Origin: Dendrobates tinctorius
Taxonomy: Eukaryota
Length of the DNA stretch: 64,000 nt
Assembly: GCF_039654945.1 (NCBI RefSeq)
Contig: NW_027361917.1
Coordinates: 61,566,001-61,630,000 of the forward strand
Reading direction: 5' to 3'
Shown: piece after piece, positions 50,408 through 64,000 of the stretch
How the letters are laid out: each line of letters opens with the position of its first letter
Numbering within the stretch: the stretch's first letter is position 1
Notes under the pieces: model-generated
Told to the model about the DNA's origin: nothing
What the model saw: the letters and a program-made list of their open reading frames with translations, nothing else
Databases searched by the model: none
Translations under genes and position numbers: made by a program

Positions 50408-50990
50408 AATACAATATCTCCAATCCAGCATTTTTGAAAAATATCATAATGTGTAAATACACAATTAGCACCCAAAATTAGACTAGTAGGGGCGACTCAT
50501 TGCGAACTGAAAGGAGGAAGAGTCCAAAACTAAAAAACTAAATTTATTTAATGCAAAAAGACATAAAAAGAGAACAGGACATAGTGATGCACTAATAAAA
50601 TCAGATGAGGACAATAGATGGTATCCAATTTACCCAGAACAACAGAGAACTGACCGACTGCAAACCAGATAATGCATACGTGAGAATTGAAGTTTAAATA
50701 CACAGTAACATGTAACAAGAGTATGTATTACAAATTGCCTGGACAGACCACACCTGATGCTGACCACTGCAATCCAAGAGGTGTGAATCAATTGCAATAA
50801 CAGCGCACTTGCTGGATCCGGAGGTTAAATATAAATCTATGGATTACATATGAATTATAATTAGTCCTTTTAGGAGTTGGTTACCAATGGTTTTTAAAAA
50901 AAATTTCTTCAAAATTTTTTCTTTTTTTGAAAAATGTGAATAAAATCAAGTATTATGATCCATGGTTGTCCCATTTAGAAAGATTGGCAA

Positions 50991-51019
<29 letters not shown>

Positions 51020-51021
<2 letters not shown>

Positions 51022-52861
51022 TGGGAAGAAAATTGTGTGGGCTCGCGCGCAATTTTCAAGTCCAGAGAGGGAAAGCCAGCGACTGGGGCCCGATGTTAAT
51101 AGCCTGGGAAGGGGGTAATACCCATGGCCCATGGCCCCTGCCCCGGTTATGAGTATCAGTCCGCAGCTGTCTGCATAGTCTTTACTGGCTATTAAAATAG
51201 GGGTCCCCCTATAATTGATAGGACTACGGTGGAAAGGCAAGTATAGGTTGGTTTATTATTTTATTTTTATTAAAGGAGACAATGGCATCGGGGACTAGGT
51301 GATTGGTAAGTATGTACTGTTATGTGTTGTATGTTATGTGTATGTTCTGTATGTTATATGCTCTGAATGTTTTTTTACATTCAACACATTAGCCGGATGA
51401 TGGGACTACTGTCCCATCATTGGCTAATGTGTCACTCACTGTCACTGTAGAAGGCATAGCCAGATGGGACTTGTAGTCCCATCGGACGATGCCTGCATAC
51501 ACACACACACTCTGCCCCTGCAACCCCCTCACAGCCCTGCAGATCCCCCCCTCACAGCCCCGACAAACCCGCAGACCACCGGCACACACTATAAACACAC
51601 ACACACCACCCACACTCTGCCCACACTTCCCTCCTCCCTATCTGCAGCGTTTCATCTGCAGCAAAACCGCAGATCTTTTTTACATCTGCGGTTTTGCTGT
51701 GGATGTGCCTGACTCATTGCAAGTCAATGGGTGCAGAAACACTGCAGATCCACACAAAGAATCAATTTTACATAGGTTAACGTTGTTTTGATACACACTT
51801 GCGGATTAATTGCAGTGAAAAAAACGCTGTGGATCCGCAATAAATCTGCAACATGTGCACACAGCCTTAGGGTTAGGGGATCTCGTTTTTGGCAGCTGAG
51901 GGATACATCGCAGGAGGTCCTGTAGAGCACGGACATCATCCGATGTCAGTGTTCTACACGGGAGATGGCCATGGGACACTCGTTATGAACTGGACTACGG
52001 TGGAAAGATATGTATAGGTTGGTTTATTTTATTTTTGGTCACAGGAGATCGAGGGCTTTGGGGACTAGGTGATTGGTATGTACTCTAGGTTATATGTTCT
52101 ACGTACTGTTTGTAATGAATGTGTATATGTACTGTACGTTTTTATTTAACACTTGACATGCATTGACGGATGGGACTACTTTCCCATCATCGGCAATGCA
52201 GTAGTATCATTAGACAATGGCTGCTTACACAGCAGACACGCACACACAGGAACCCGCAGACGCCCGCACACACATACACTCGCACACACTTCCCTCCTCC
52301 CGATCTGCAGTGTTTCTAGCAACCACATCCGCAGAAAATCCACAGATTTTTTTATATCTGTGGTTTTGCTGCAGATGTGCCTGACTCAATGGAAGTCAAT
52401 GGGTGCAGAAACGCTGAAGATCCGCAAAAAGAATTGACATGCTTCGGAAAAAAAAGATGCGTTTCTGAGCAGATTTTTCTGCAGCATGTGCACAACAAAT
52501 TTGTGCAGCCAAAAATGCTGCGGATCCACATCTAAATCTGCAAGGTGTCATTCAAATCTGCAGCAAAAACGCAGGTGTAAAGTTTGCATCTTTGCTGCGT
52601 ATTTACTGCTTATGTGCTGCAGATTTGCTGCCAAAAACGCTGCGAATTGTCAAAATGAAATGTCAGGAGGAAGAGTGTGTGGGCAGAGAATATGCTTGTG
52701 TGAGCATAGAATGTGTGTCTCTCTCTGTCTGCGGGTGTCTGTGTGTGTACCCATGCGACACAGACCATAGTGATTGTACTTAAGCATCATCTGATGAGAC
52801 TACTACTTCCATCCTGCTACATCTTTTGTCACATATAACATCATCCGGCGCCTGTGTTCAA

Positions 52862-52900
<39 letters not shown>

Positions 52901-53880
52901 CCAAACATTTACATAATTACATACATATTCACATACAAAATACATACTCGCCTGACGCCTAATCCCCAATGCCCATGTCTCCTGCAAACAATCAAAAATA
53001 ATAAACCAACATACTCACTTTTCCGCAGCGGTGCCGTGAGAGCACTGGAGCTGATGAATTCCAGTGAAATCTCATGGCAGCGCAGTGATACACTGCAGGA
53101 GCGTTTACCTCCTGTCAGTGAATTGCCTGCGCCCGGATAGAGCAGTCACATCTCTTGATGCGACTGTTCTACATGTGAGATCGCCGTGGGACACTCGGTA
53201 TTAAATGGACCACGTTGGATAGAATAGTATTATATGTTGGTTTATTATCTTTTTGATTGATTGCGGGAGACGAGGGCATCGAGGATTAGGCTCTCAGTAA
53301 GTATTGTAAATTTAGATTCAATAAAGGAGCCTGTGTGATTATTTAAAATAAAGGACTTTATTCTGGGTGTTTGTTTTTTACACAATATCACTATGGGGTT
53401 CGTAATGGATAGATGTCTTAAAGATGCCTCTCCATTACTAACCTGTGGGCTTGATGTCACCTGACAATACCAAGCTGACATCAACCCCACAAATATGAAC
53501 CCCACTTGCTATCAATACAGGGCAAATGGGAAGAGTGAGGCTAAGTGTCAGAATTTCCGCATCTATAAGATGCGCCATTTCTGGGGCAGCTGAGAGCTGA
53601 TGTTTTTAGCCTGGGAGGGTGACAATATTCATGGCCCCTTCTTACTCTATTAATATCAGCCCACATTTTATAAGGGGACCCCATGTCAATTTTTTTCTGG
53701 GGTTCCCCTGTAAACTAGCCAGTAAAGACTAAGCAAACAGCTGTAAGCTGATATTAATAGCCTAGGAACCTTTATGGCTATTGGCTCCTTCCTAGAATAT
53801 TAACATCAGCCCTCATCCGTCAGCTTTCCCTCTGTTGGTTATGAAAATTTTGCGGGAGTCCACGCTTTTTTTTTAATTTT
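51020..53880. mobile_element. Cluster of large non-autonomous Harbinger-type arms in both orientations
   Basis: Shares blocks with 17980-19752; TIR end GTGCACACAGCC|TTA at 51866; another end GCGCACATAGCC|TTA at ~56241. Confidence 0.6.
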
Positions 53881-53956
53881 TGTTGAAGAATAAGCATATT
53901 GCATTTCATGCAGATTTCTGGAAGCTGTTGTTTAATTATATTAATGCTCCTACATA

Positions 53957-55362
53957 CAGTGGGTACGCAAAGTATACAGACCCCATTACATTTTTTCACT
54001 CTGTTTCATTGCAGCCATTTGGTAAATTCAAAAAAGTTCATTTTTTTCACCTTATTGTACACTCTGCACCCAATCTTGACTGAAAAACCCCCAGAAATGT
54101 CAACATTTTTGCAAATTTATTAAAAAAGAAAAACCGAAATATCACATTGTCATAAATATTCAGACCCTTTGCTCAGACACTCATATTTAAGTCACATGCT
54201 GTTCATTTCCTTGTGATCCTCCTTGAGATGGTTCTACTCCTTCATTGGAGTCCAGCTGTGTAAAATGTAATTGATAGGACTTGATTTGTAAAGGCACACA
54301 CCTGTCTATATAAGACCTCACAGCTCACAGTGCATGTCAGACCAAATGAGAATCATGAGGTCAAAGGAACTGGCCAAGGAGCTCAGAGACAGAATTGTGG
54401 CAAGGCACAGATCTGGCCTAGGTTACAAAAGAATGTCTGCAGTACTCAAGGTTCCTAAGAGCACAGTGGCCTCCATAATCCTTAAATGGAAGTAGTTTGG
54501 GACCACCAGAAGTCTTCCTAGACCTAGTCATCTAGCCAAACTGAGCAATCTTGGGAGAAGAGCCTTGGTGAGAGAGGTAAACAAGAACCCCAAGATCACT
54601 GTGGCTGAGCTCCACAGATGCAGTATGGAGATGGGATAAGGTTCCACAAAGTCAACTATCACTGCAGCCCTCCACCACTCGGGCCTTTATGACAGAGTGG
54701 CCCGATGGAAACCTCTCCTCAGTGCCACACATATGAAAGCCCGCACAGAGTTTGCTAAAAAAACACATGAAGGACTCCAAGACTATGAGAAATAAGATTC
54801 TCTGGTCTGGTGAGACAAAGATAGAACTTTTTGGTGATAATTCTAAGCGGTATGTGTGGAGATAACCAGGCACTGCTCATGACCTGCCCAATACAATCCC
54901 AACAGTGAAACCTGGTGGTGGCAGCATCATGCTATGGGGGTGTTTTTCAGCTGCAGGGACAGGACGACTGGTTATAATCGAAGTAAACATGAATGCCGCC
55001 AAGTACAGAGATATCCTGGATGAAAACCTCTTCCAGTATGCTCTGGACCTCAGACTTGGCCAAAGGTTCACCTTCCAAGACAATGACCCTAAGCACACAG
55101 CTAAAATAACAAAGGAGTGGCTTCAGAACAACTCTCTGACCATTATTGACTGGCCCAGCCAGAGCCCTGACCTAAACACAATTGAGCATCTCAAGAGAGA
55201 CTTGAAAATGGCTCTCCACCAATGTTCACCATCCAACCTAATGGAACTGGAGAGGATTTGCAAGGAAGAATGGCAGAGGATCCCCAAATCAAGGTGTGAA
55301 AAACTTGTTGCATCAAAATAGTGAAAAATTTAAAGTGGTCTGAATAGTTTCCGTACCCACTG
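53957..55362 (+). mobile_element. Tc1 transposon; transposase pseudogene from ATG 54355
   Basis: TA|CAGTGGGTACG ... CGTACCCACTG|TA; MRSKEL, GGGSIMLWGCFS, QDNDPKHTAK, SPDLNTIEHL. Confidence 0.92.
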
Positions 55363-55458
55363 TAGGCTGGTGTGTGTCTCTTTATGTAATGTACCCTTTT
55401 ATTAATGAGGGTATCTGCTGACACCTGTTCATTACTAAACCTCGGACTTGGTAATATT

Positions 55459-55975
55459 CAGCTCTGGCAAAAATTAAGAGACCACCACATCAAAACCCTG
55501 TCATGGGCAGCCTACTCTCCAGACTTGAACCCCAATGAAAACCTCTGGAATGTAATCAAGAGGATGATGGATAGTCACAAGCCATCAAACAATGAATTGC
55601 TTAAATTTTTGTGCCAGGAGCAGTGTGAAAGACTGGTGGAAAGCATGCCAAGACACATGAAAGCTGTGATTAAAAATCATGGTTATTCCACAAAATACTG
55701 ATTTCTGAACTCTTCCTGAGATAAAACATTAGTATTGTTGTTTCTAAATGATTATGAACTTGTTTTCTTTGCATTATTTGAGGTCTGAACGCACTTTTTT
55801 TTTTTTTTTTTTAATTTTGACCATTTCTCCTTTTCAGAAAAAAAATACAAAGTTTAGTGCTTGGAAATTTGGAGACATGTCAGAAGTTTATAGACTAAAA
55901 GAACAATTTACATTTTACTCAAAAATACACCTATAAAGAGAAAAATCAGAATCTGAACATTTGAAAGTGGTCTGT
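55459..55975 (+). mobile_element. Internally deleted Tc1
   Basis: CAGCTCTGGCAAAAATTAAGAGACCAC left TIR; SPDLNPNENLW...SMPRHMKAVIKNHGYSTKY. Confidence 0.8.
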
Positions 55976-58635
55976 ATATATATTTATCTGTCGTATATGT
56001 TGTGTAAACATTGTATGTGAACATGGTATGTAATTATATTATGGTCTTCAATGGAGAATGAAAAAGAAAATGAACAAGGAAATTACATCACAATTTTTTT
56101 TTAAATCTATCTTTATTTAGCTCTATCGATTTACAAAAATGCATAAAAAATGCAGGTATTTTCTGCTGTGCTTCTCTTCTAAGAGATGCAGAAACCTTGC
56201 AGAAATTTCGGCAAGCAAATATGCAAGGTGCGCACATAGCCTTAGAAGACAAAAGTCAATTGTACTAACATTATAAACCACTGTGAAAAAGAACAACTTT
56301 AGTAGATATAGTTTCTTTACCAGGCAACGTATAAAGAGATATTGCAAATTTACATACAATAAAAATGAATTATATATCTTTAATTAGGATGCAGGAAAAT
56401 TCTAGGTGAATGTCTACAGAACATGGAGAGGCAGACAAGGTGCTGTACAATGTAGAGCAGCATTCCCATCAATGCGTCTGTGTACACTCCAGCCATGTGT
56501 ATGGAGGACGGTGGGAGAGAACTGGCTGACAATTGCTTCGGGAACCGGAAGTTAACAGCAGAATATGCAAACTTTCAAGAATTGTGAAACTTAAAGAATG
56601 TAGACATTTAAACTCTAGGCTACTTTCTTGAAATTTTACCTGCAAGTCACCAGATATCAAAATCACATGTCAAAATGAAATAAGGGAAAATAATGTTTTA
56701 CTAAAGTTTACCTTTAATAATCAAAATAAAAATTTACATACACATGTGGAAAAGATTTTTAAAAGGCAACTTGTCACCGAGTTTTTACCACTTAGAGTGC
56801 AGTATAATAAAGACAGACCAATTCCAGTGGTGTGTCACTTACTAGGCTTATTATTTGAGTTTAGATAATAATCTATTTAAACAGAGACTTTATCACTAGA
56901 GAACTGGTAAACCTGCTGTCTTGTAGTCCTCCATATTCATGAGCTCTGTAAAACCCACCCATTCTACATGCTACGCTCAGATGGGGTAGCAAAAACTTGG
57001 TCCCATATTCCCTTTAATGGAGTGCCTAAAAAGGATATAATAAATATAGCAGTTCTCTGGGTGAATAGTTATGCTGAAATCGTTTTCTCACAAGAATTTG
57101 ATTGAAGTTATCTGCAGTCTAATCAGATTAACAGACAAGACATTATGTAAACCACACAAAAAACCCACACCACTTATTTTTGGTTTAAATGTTTTAATTA
57201 ATTTGCTCAATACTTTTATATTACATGTCGATCAAAAATGGAAAAAAGTCCATTGTACCAATCACCCCAAAGAAATCAGAAGATACAAAAACTTGGCAGC
57301 AGATTAGACAAATGTGATGTACCTGTAGTCAGTGTTACTCAATGTTACACAATGATGACTGTGAAGTATTGGCTCCTCCATACACAGCACTGTAATGTCC
57401 ATGTTACTTTTTATTGAGCATGTTCACTCTTGTGTACCTCACATTACCTTCGCTGCAAAGGAAGCTTTGAATTTCAATCAGTATGTACCTAAATTGTACA
57501 GAGTTCTAATGAAGCACAGTACCATATCAAATACCGTAAACACTGTACTGTGTGCATCGTGAAATGTGTCCTCCTGGGACTTTCTGGTTTGGTTATAAAT
57601 GAACCTGATCTAACTTAGAAGGGTTGTATGATCTTGTGATGAAAGACTGCAGAGACACTATGTGGCTGCAGACTTATTAATTTGTACAGTGAGCACTGTG
57701 CGCAAGTCAGGATTCTCCAGATATGCCGGTGAGAGTGGGTAGTCATGTGACTACAAGTATGCAATTTGCATACATGCGGATACATACCTACTAGATGTGT
57801 TTGGCCTTGTTCAAAACAAATGAATTGAGTAAGGCCGGACACATACCTACTAGACGTGTTCGACCTTGATCAACACAAGTGAACTGAGTAAGGCCGAGCA
57901 AGTCTAGCTTGAATGTGGCTGGAAGTAAGCAAAACGCATACTTGCGGATACCTAGCAACTGCTCTCACCGGCAACACAGGATTCCAAAACTTATCACAAG
58001 ACTGGACAAACCCTTTAATATGAAACCGCATGCTATAACTTCACAATTTACTATGGTTTTTTTTTTTTTTTCAGGAAGTCTGCTTGTTGTCCGTGTACAG
58101 AAATACTCTTGATTACAAGTAGTTAAAAAAAAGCTCTCTCACTACAGGGTTAAAGATGTACTTCACAAATATTCTCCTTCAACTTTAATGACTGATTAGA
58201 CTCTGTGCACAGGACATCAGTGCGCATCCGTGTGCTGTCCGTGGATGTCATGTGCGGCTCAAATTAAAAACGGACATGTCCACAAAAAGACATGGAAAGC
58301 TGCAGACTATAATGGGTTCTATCCACAAATAAACATGGGTAGCACACGCATGTAAAAAAAAAAAAAAAAAATGATGTCTGAATGAGACCTTATCATGATC
58401 GTTTCCCTTTAATGCCTAGCATGTTATCATCAGAAAATGACCCATTGTTTAAATCTGCTTTGTTCTTACATGTATGCTTTTTTATAAGGAAAAAAAAAAA
58501 AAATTGCAAAGCATCCATCCCATCTTGTTCTTAATTAAAAAATAAAAAGTATAATCTTGCAATTTTCACTCTCGCCACTGAGGCTTTAAAAAAACAAACA
58601 AAAAAACATTTCCTGTCCTTTCAGGAAGAGTTTAA

Positions 58636-59082
58636 AGGGGTTGTCAACTACTAGCACAACCCCTTCTTGATCTAAATGTTTGGCCACAATAAAATAAAAA
58701 ATGCTATACTCACCTCCTGTGGTGGCGCCGATCTAGCGGTGTCGGCACTCACGGTCCCAGGGCTCTTGTGGGGTTGCACGACATGTGGTTGCCGGCGTCC
58801 AATCAGCCCTGGCGTCACTGTCCCCGCCTTCAGACAAATTGAACATGAAAAAGAAGTCAGGATTGCAGCTGATCTCCGCCTTCCTCTTCATGTTTAATTC
58901 GACAGAAGGCGGGGACAGCGACGCCAGGCTCACATGTCATACAAACCGCACGAGAACCCCGGGACCGCGCGTACAGACACCGCTAGAACGGCCCCACACA
59001 GGCGGTGAGTATAGGAATTTTTATTTTATTGTGGCCAAACATTTATATCAAGAAGGGGCTGTGCTAGTAGTGGACAACCCCT
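58636..59082. mobile_element. Kolobok/T2-type palindromic MITE; related copies at ~56762-57013, ~57618-58013, ~59791-60040 and a 45-bp one at 60103-60147
   Basis: TTAA TSD; AGGGGTTGTCAACTACTAGCAC ... GTGCTAGTAGTGGACAACCCCT. Confidence 0.88.
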
Positions 59083-61577
59083 TTAAAGCAGTTTGCTTAT
59101 CGTCAGATGCAGGATTACAAGGGCAGGTAAAATATCTATACACTGCTGATAACACAGGATTCACCAGTCACAAATACTGATGTCACAACTGACCCTGCTC
59201 CCCTTCTCTACACAAATCACATTTGCACATGCTCATTAGATAATTCAATACAAAAGATGTGTTCCGAGTCTGTTCATTGTGGCTATGTACATTTCTTGTT
59301 TCCTGAAACAGGAAGCTAGAGTCTACAAAAGCCCCAGTGACCAGTGTGAAAATTGCAAGATTATTTTAAATAGAGATTATGATATGGTAAAAAAGTGTCA
59401 AATTCTGAAAAATAAATACATTAAACACAACAATTTGATTTAAGCAATAGGTATTTTTCTAGCTTTTTTTAACATTTTTATAAATAAAATGATGTCAGTT
59501 TAGAGAGGAATCCACATCAGATTTCCAACGGCTGATCCTTCAGTTTTCTGGGAGATGAGCCACTGCCAGAAGAGTCTGTCGGCAGCTCTCTCAGAGAACA
59601 CAGGAGAGGAAAACATTCCTGAAAATAGAGGACTCATGACAGATAATGGTCGGCCACACAAACTAATGTATATAGGGTGCGGGAACTGAACAACTGTAAG
59701 TCGAAATTCTATTATTGGAGCGCCCTCTTCTAAACATTTTGTAAACAAGATAATTTTTTCAGTGACCACAATTAGTCAGGTTTAAAACAAAAGGGAATCT
59801 GTCACCACACCTGATCTAACAGCCCTTCATGTAATAAAATAAGCTCTGGAGGCAGAGTTATCTCCAGGCACCATCCGCCCCGGAGTCTGGAAGAGGTCAC
59901 TTATATAAACTGATAAAAGAGGATTTCTCAGTAACAGCACAACTGATATGAGACACACAGGGAGGACTGTTGTCAGCAGTCTATAACCTGTATGCCCATA
60001 TTAATAGTTTAGATAGGTGAAATGTGGTGACAGATTCCCTTTAAATAATAAACAGTAGCATTGTATTACATTATGAATATGCCTTAGGGCAACCCCCATT
60101 AAAGGGGTTGTTCAGCCTTAAGCTACAAGTCACTCTGGACAGCCCCTTTAAATTCTGGATTTTAGCCGAAAATATTATATTATTGCATCTGCTCAATGAG
60201 AGATGGTGGAATAACTGATGCACACAGTACAGTATTTCAAAACAAGGATAATTTTAGCCTTACAAACACTAAAAACAATGTACCCAGTGTCTCTTACATA
60301 TTAGAACTGACCCAAGAGGCTGGCCAAAAGAACACCTAAAACAGTAAAACAAAAAAACCTCTATAGAAACCTACGTGCAATAGTTGAACAGAAAAGTGCA
60401 AAATGGGAAGGAAAATGCAAAACTTTATATATGTTTTTGCAAAGGGACACGGGACGGCCTTAAAGGTATGTAGCGCTTACGTATAACAAAGCAGAAAGCA
60501 TTAGATGTGCTGTAATTTGTCCCAACCAAGATTGCCTACAAAGGGAGTTACTTATCTATAATGAGAGTAATGAGTGTCGCCCTCTGGAGGCCGCGCAGGT
60601 ACTGCAGGGATATTACTACAGCCTAACTGCTCTGATCGCCAGGGTCACAGCTGTAGAATACGGCGATGACCTTATCATCTGGAAAGAAATATCTTAGCAA
60701 TAAAGATAGACATTTCCTTTAGAGGCAATAAGAGCAAAATAAGATTTCTGTTTGGCCTCCGTTTATAAATGGACTGACATGAAAAAAAAATATTTTAAGC
60801 AGACATCACAAATACAACTGCTCTTATGCCACATACAGGCCTTATATTTCTGCTTCAAGTTTAATGATTGTTTCCAATACACTGTAATAACTTAGTTTTC
60901 CTACTGGACACCGTGCACAGGACAGCAGCAGATATGTACATATATTTATATAAGAAATACTTCTTCAGGATGGTTCACTTAAATGAAAAGCGGCTATTCC
61001 TAACACAAGAAGTCATAGTTAGGACTTAACGCAATGGTACCTGTAAATATTATCAAATAGGAGTGCATTTCTTGGTCTGTCCCTTCATTAATTTAACACC
61101 CTGCCGGCAGGAATAGTATAACAGCGTCAACCTGAGTTGTAGGTCAAGTGAATATATAAGTTCCACTTGATTTGTGTTGCCGGAGACAGAGGATCCAATA
61201 AGAAAGGCAATCGCTTGTATCTTCTGACTTGCGAAGAGCAATTTACGTAATACAAGAAGGTACCAGCTCCCGTAGTAAGAAAGGAAGTTCCAATGATTAC
61301 ATCTACCATTCAGTGCAGGGAGTCTTAGAACAAAACACTGCACATAAAGCTTCCATCAAGTCTCCAGTGCAGAAATTCCCCAGAATTCCATCAATGCTAT
61401 TAGCTGAGAATGGAAAAAAATCCCTGTCTTCCCATGTTCAGATTTAATTTTAACCTATAAAAGGTTATTCAAAGAAAAAAAAATGCGCATATTTGGTTGC
61501 GGTAGCATTGTCCATTTAAACAAAAAAAAAAAAAATTAGGCACAATTAGGAGAAGGGACTAATAATGCAGCGTCACA

Positions 61578-61964
61578 CTAGACATTCAGCATGTCCTCAT
61601 CACTGTCATCATGAAAGGAAGCTACAGGAAGCTTGTCCTCCTTTCTACGTTCAGTAGGTCTAGATTTCCCAGTCTGTTCTTGTCCTCCGTTCGCTATTCC
61701 TATCAAGTTCTCATCACTGCCAGAAGCGTACTGGCCCACAGATCGGTTAGAATTCCTCTGTTTGTTCCTCGCAGACTGTACTCTGACTTCAGGGACAGTT
61801 AGAACCTCATCTTCACTGTCAAGATCATCAACGTGCAGTGACGTGAAGGCTCCAGCCTTAACAGTCCTAACATGACCGTTCTCATGATGTGCTTTTCCAT
61901 GGTTGGCAGACACTTCTTCCATGAGCCATTCGGTTTCATTCTCCACTTCTTCTTCTGTGTTGAT
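61578..61964 (-). CDS. IGF2R: Cation-independent mannose-6-phosphate/IGF2 receptor, last coding exon (cytoplasmic tail)
   Basis: Acceptor TTCAG|ATC at 61965; INTEEEVENETEWLMEEV...DDLDSEDEVLTVPEV...SFHDDSDEDMLNV* matches the vertebrate IGF2R tail; adjacent to SLC22 as in mammals. Confidence 0.96.
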   Translation of the reverse strand: MNTEEEVENETEWLMEEVSANHGKAHHENGHVRTVKAGAFTSLHVDDLDSEDEVLTVPEVRVQSARNKQRNSNRSVGQYASGSDENLIGIANGGQEQTGKSRPTERRKEDKLPVASFHDDSDEDMLNV

Positions 61965-62500
61965 CTGAACAATATAAACCAGTGAGGTAAATTAAATCAC
62001 AGAGAAACTGAACAAATGACAGCAATTTCAAGTTCAGACATGGAAATTTAGGACTAGAGAAATCAGAAAATGTGTAATTAACAGGAGATAAAGCTGATCA
62101 CTCTGAATACATTTACATATGCAGTCAAACTACTTAAAAAGCAACTACGGTATACTTTTTTATTTCCCTTCACTATGGTGTCCTGCATAGAAAGTTATGA
62201 AAGTTTGTATTTGACTTCATTAGGGAATTTGGCTTCTTTCTTGTTCAAAAATAAGATCAGTGGCCTCCAGGATCCCTCGCTTTCTCCAGAATATATAATA
62301 TCTGCATTCCCTGTCTATGTAATTGGAGCATGGATTCTGTCTGCAGTGGGGCTAACAACTCAGAAGTGTGCTAGTCACCTTGTTCTTGGCTGCGCTATCA
62401 ACTATGTTTTTATAGGAAACGCCAAAGCATTTTGGAGTAAAAGGAAAATGCTTAGAATACAGGAGCCGATGCATGATTCTTGCTGCACAGAAAGGGAATA

Positions 62501-63846
62501 CTATATTTTTCGGACAATAAGACGCATTTTTGTCCCAAAAAAAAAATTTGGGCGGAAAATGGGGATGCGTCTTATAGTCTGGATGTACTTCCCAGACACC
62601 GCATCTGGAGGCACGTTTGTCCGTCTCCTATATACTGATAAGCTCATTACCTTACAGAGATCAATCTCCTCATAACTGAAGAAGGTCACATTGACCGAAA
62701 CGTCTTCTTTCGTGTACTACAATAAACCGCCTTACAAATATGTTTAAGTTGAGTGCTAGATTCATATTTGTTGCTTTAACGGTTTGGGAACCTAACCTTA
62801 GCACCATCTTGAGTTGTGCTCACGGTGTTTTCTATATCGATATGGCCGGTTCGGCAGTGCAGGGGCTCTGCGGACATTTTTTGAAAGCCCGGAGCCCTTG
62901 CACTTCCATTCCTGCAATGCGCTGGGCTCCGGGAAAATGGCTGTCGAAGGCCACCACATTGCAGCAATGGATGTGCGGGGGCTCCGAGCTTTCACAAAAT
63001 GTTGGCGGAGCCCCAGAACCACCGAACCTGAAGCACCAGCCTGGGATGGGAGTCAGAACATCGCCGGACCACCAAACACCTCCTGTGACCCCGCTCCATC
63101 AGCGCTGTAGAACCCCCCACCCCCCCAGGTAAGCTAAATTCAGACTGTAAGGCTATGTGCACACGATGCAGATTTGTTGCGTTTCCACAGCGTTTTTTTC
63201 TGCGTGGAAATGAACCAAAAATGCAAAGGATTACTAAAGCAAGGTTTATTAATGACAATAGTGAAGTCTTGTGCACATGATGCAGAAAATTCCGTCCTCA
63301 TTTGCAGCGGTTTATTTTCCGCAGCATGTCAATTCTTTTTCTGGATCAGCACGTTTTTCACCCATTGACTTCCATTGAGTCACTCAAATCTGCAGCAAAA
63401 AGGTTTTTGGATTTGCTGCGGATTTCATGTGGATTTGGTGCCAAAAAGGCAGCAGATGTGTTTAAAGGTTATGATGTCAGAAGGAGGAAGAGTGTATGGG
63501 CGGAGAATATAGAATAGTGCCCATCTTGGTTGACGCACATCAGCAATGGAGGTTTGACTTTAAAATGACTATTTTTTTAAATATATCTTTATTAAGCTAA
63601 CAAATCCATACCCAATTCCACATACAAATCCGCATGTAAATCCACACAGAAAACACGCAGCATTTCCACTGCGTTTTCTGCCAAGAGATGCAGAATCCGC
63701 GCAGAAATTTCCCCAAGCAAATCTGCAACGTGCACACATAGCCTAAGATGGACTCCCATTTGACGCATTAATTTTTTTTCAGCATTTTCCTTCTGAAAAT
63801 TTGGGGTGCGTCCGGTCCGGTACGTCTTATAGTTCGAAAAATACAG
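62501..63846. mobile_element. pogo/Tigger-like MITE in the last IGF2R intron, containing a PLE end (~62580-62800) and a Harbinger MITE (63151-63743)
   Basis: TA TSD; CTATATTTTTCGGACAATAAGACG / CGTCTTATAGTTCGAAAAATACAG; inner element TAA|GGCTATGTGCACACG...CACATAGCC|TAA. Confidence 0.8.
62674..62706 (+). ncRNA. Minimal hammerhead ribozyme motif with canonical core
   Basis: aa-CUGAAGA-a-GGUCA-cau-UGACC-GAAA-C-GUC-uu, followed by TACTACAATAAA...GTTGAGTGCTAG as in the PLE end at ~48340-48435. Confidence 0.65.
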
Positions 63847-64000
63847 TAATAGTTGAAACACTGCAATGACTAGGATGGAAGGCCACCAGAAAATCAGCCT
63901 CAAATGGGTTGTTTCACAATTGCAATTTATTACCTATTCATCACCATTCAATCAAAAGAATGCTGCACTGATCGTTCAAGCACTGTCCGCTCCTATTAAA

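Noticed and set aside
9300-57000. Additional host exons or an imprinting-related lncRNA (Airn-like) between the genes
   Set aside because: All recognisable coding fragments are transposon-derived; mammalian Airn starts in IGF2R intron 2, outside this window, and cannot be recognised from sequence
62175-63132. 166-aa and 130-aa plus-strand ORFs
   Set aside because: Antisense to an IGF2R intron, run across MITE and PLE junctions, and show no recognisable motifs

Overview
Vertebrate genomic DNA, most likely anuran (inferred from the repeat families and protein sequences; the species cannot be determined). The window spans the ~52 kb between two minus-strand host genes: the last coding exon of IGF2R (61578-61964) and exon 1 of an OCT1/OCT2-like SLC22 transporter (8877-9284). 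Almost everything else is nested transposons. These include a decayed Helitron in SLC22 intron 1, a split Tc1 shell enclosing ~21.5 kb of later insertions, three solo LTRs, an L2 3' end, further Tc1 copies, and many Kolobok/T2-, Harbinger-, pogo- and Tc1-type MITEs. A near-intact two-gene Harbinger has an open spliced transposase, and its intron holds a MITE filled with telomere-like repeats. A piggyBac is interrupted by a Gmr1-like SCAN-gag Gypsy and a young Penelope-like element (PLE). Most interesting: (1) the young PLE joins ORF1 to its RT/GIY-YIG ORF through an in-register HIV-type U-UUU-UUA slippery site, a candidate programmed -1 frameshift; (2) several minimal hammerhead-ribozyme motifs occur in PLE ends, including a U3-A8 covariant family beside (TAGA)n arrays; (3) a MITE appears to carry an interstitial telomere-like array. 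All calls were made by eye; no database searches were run.
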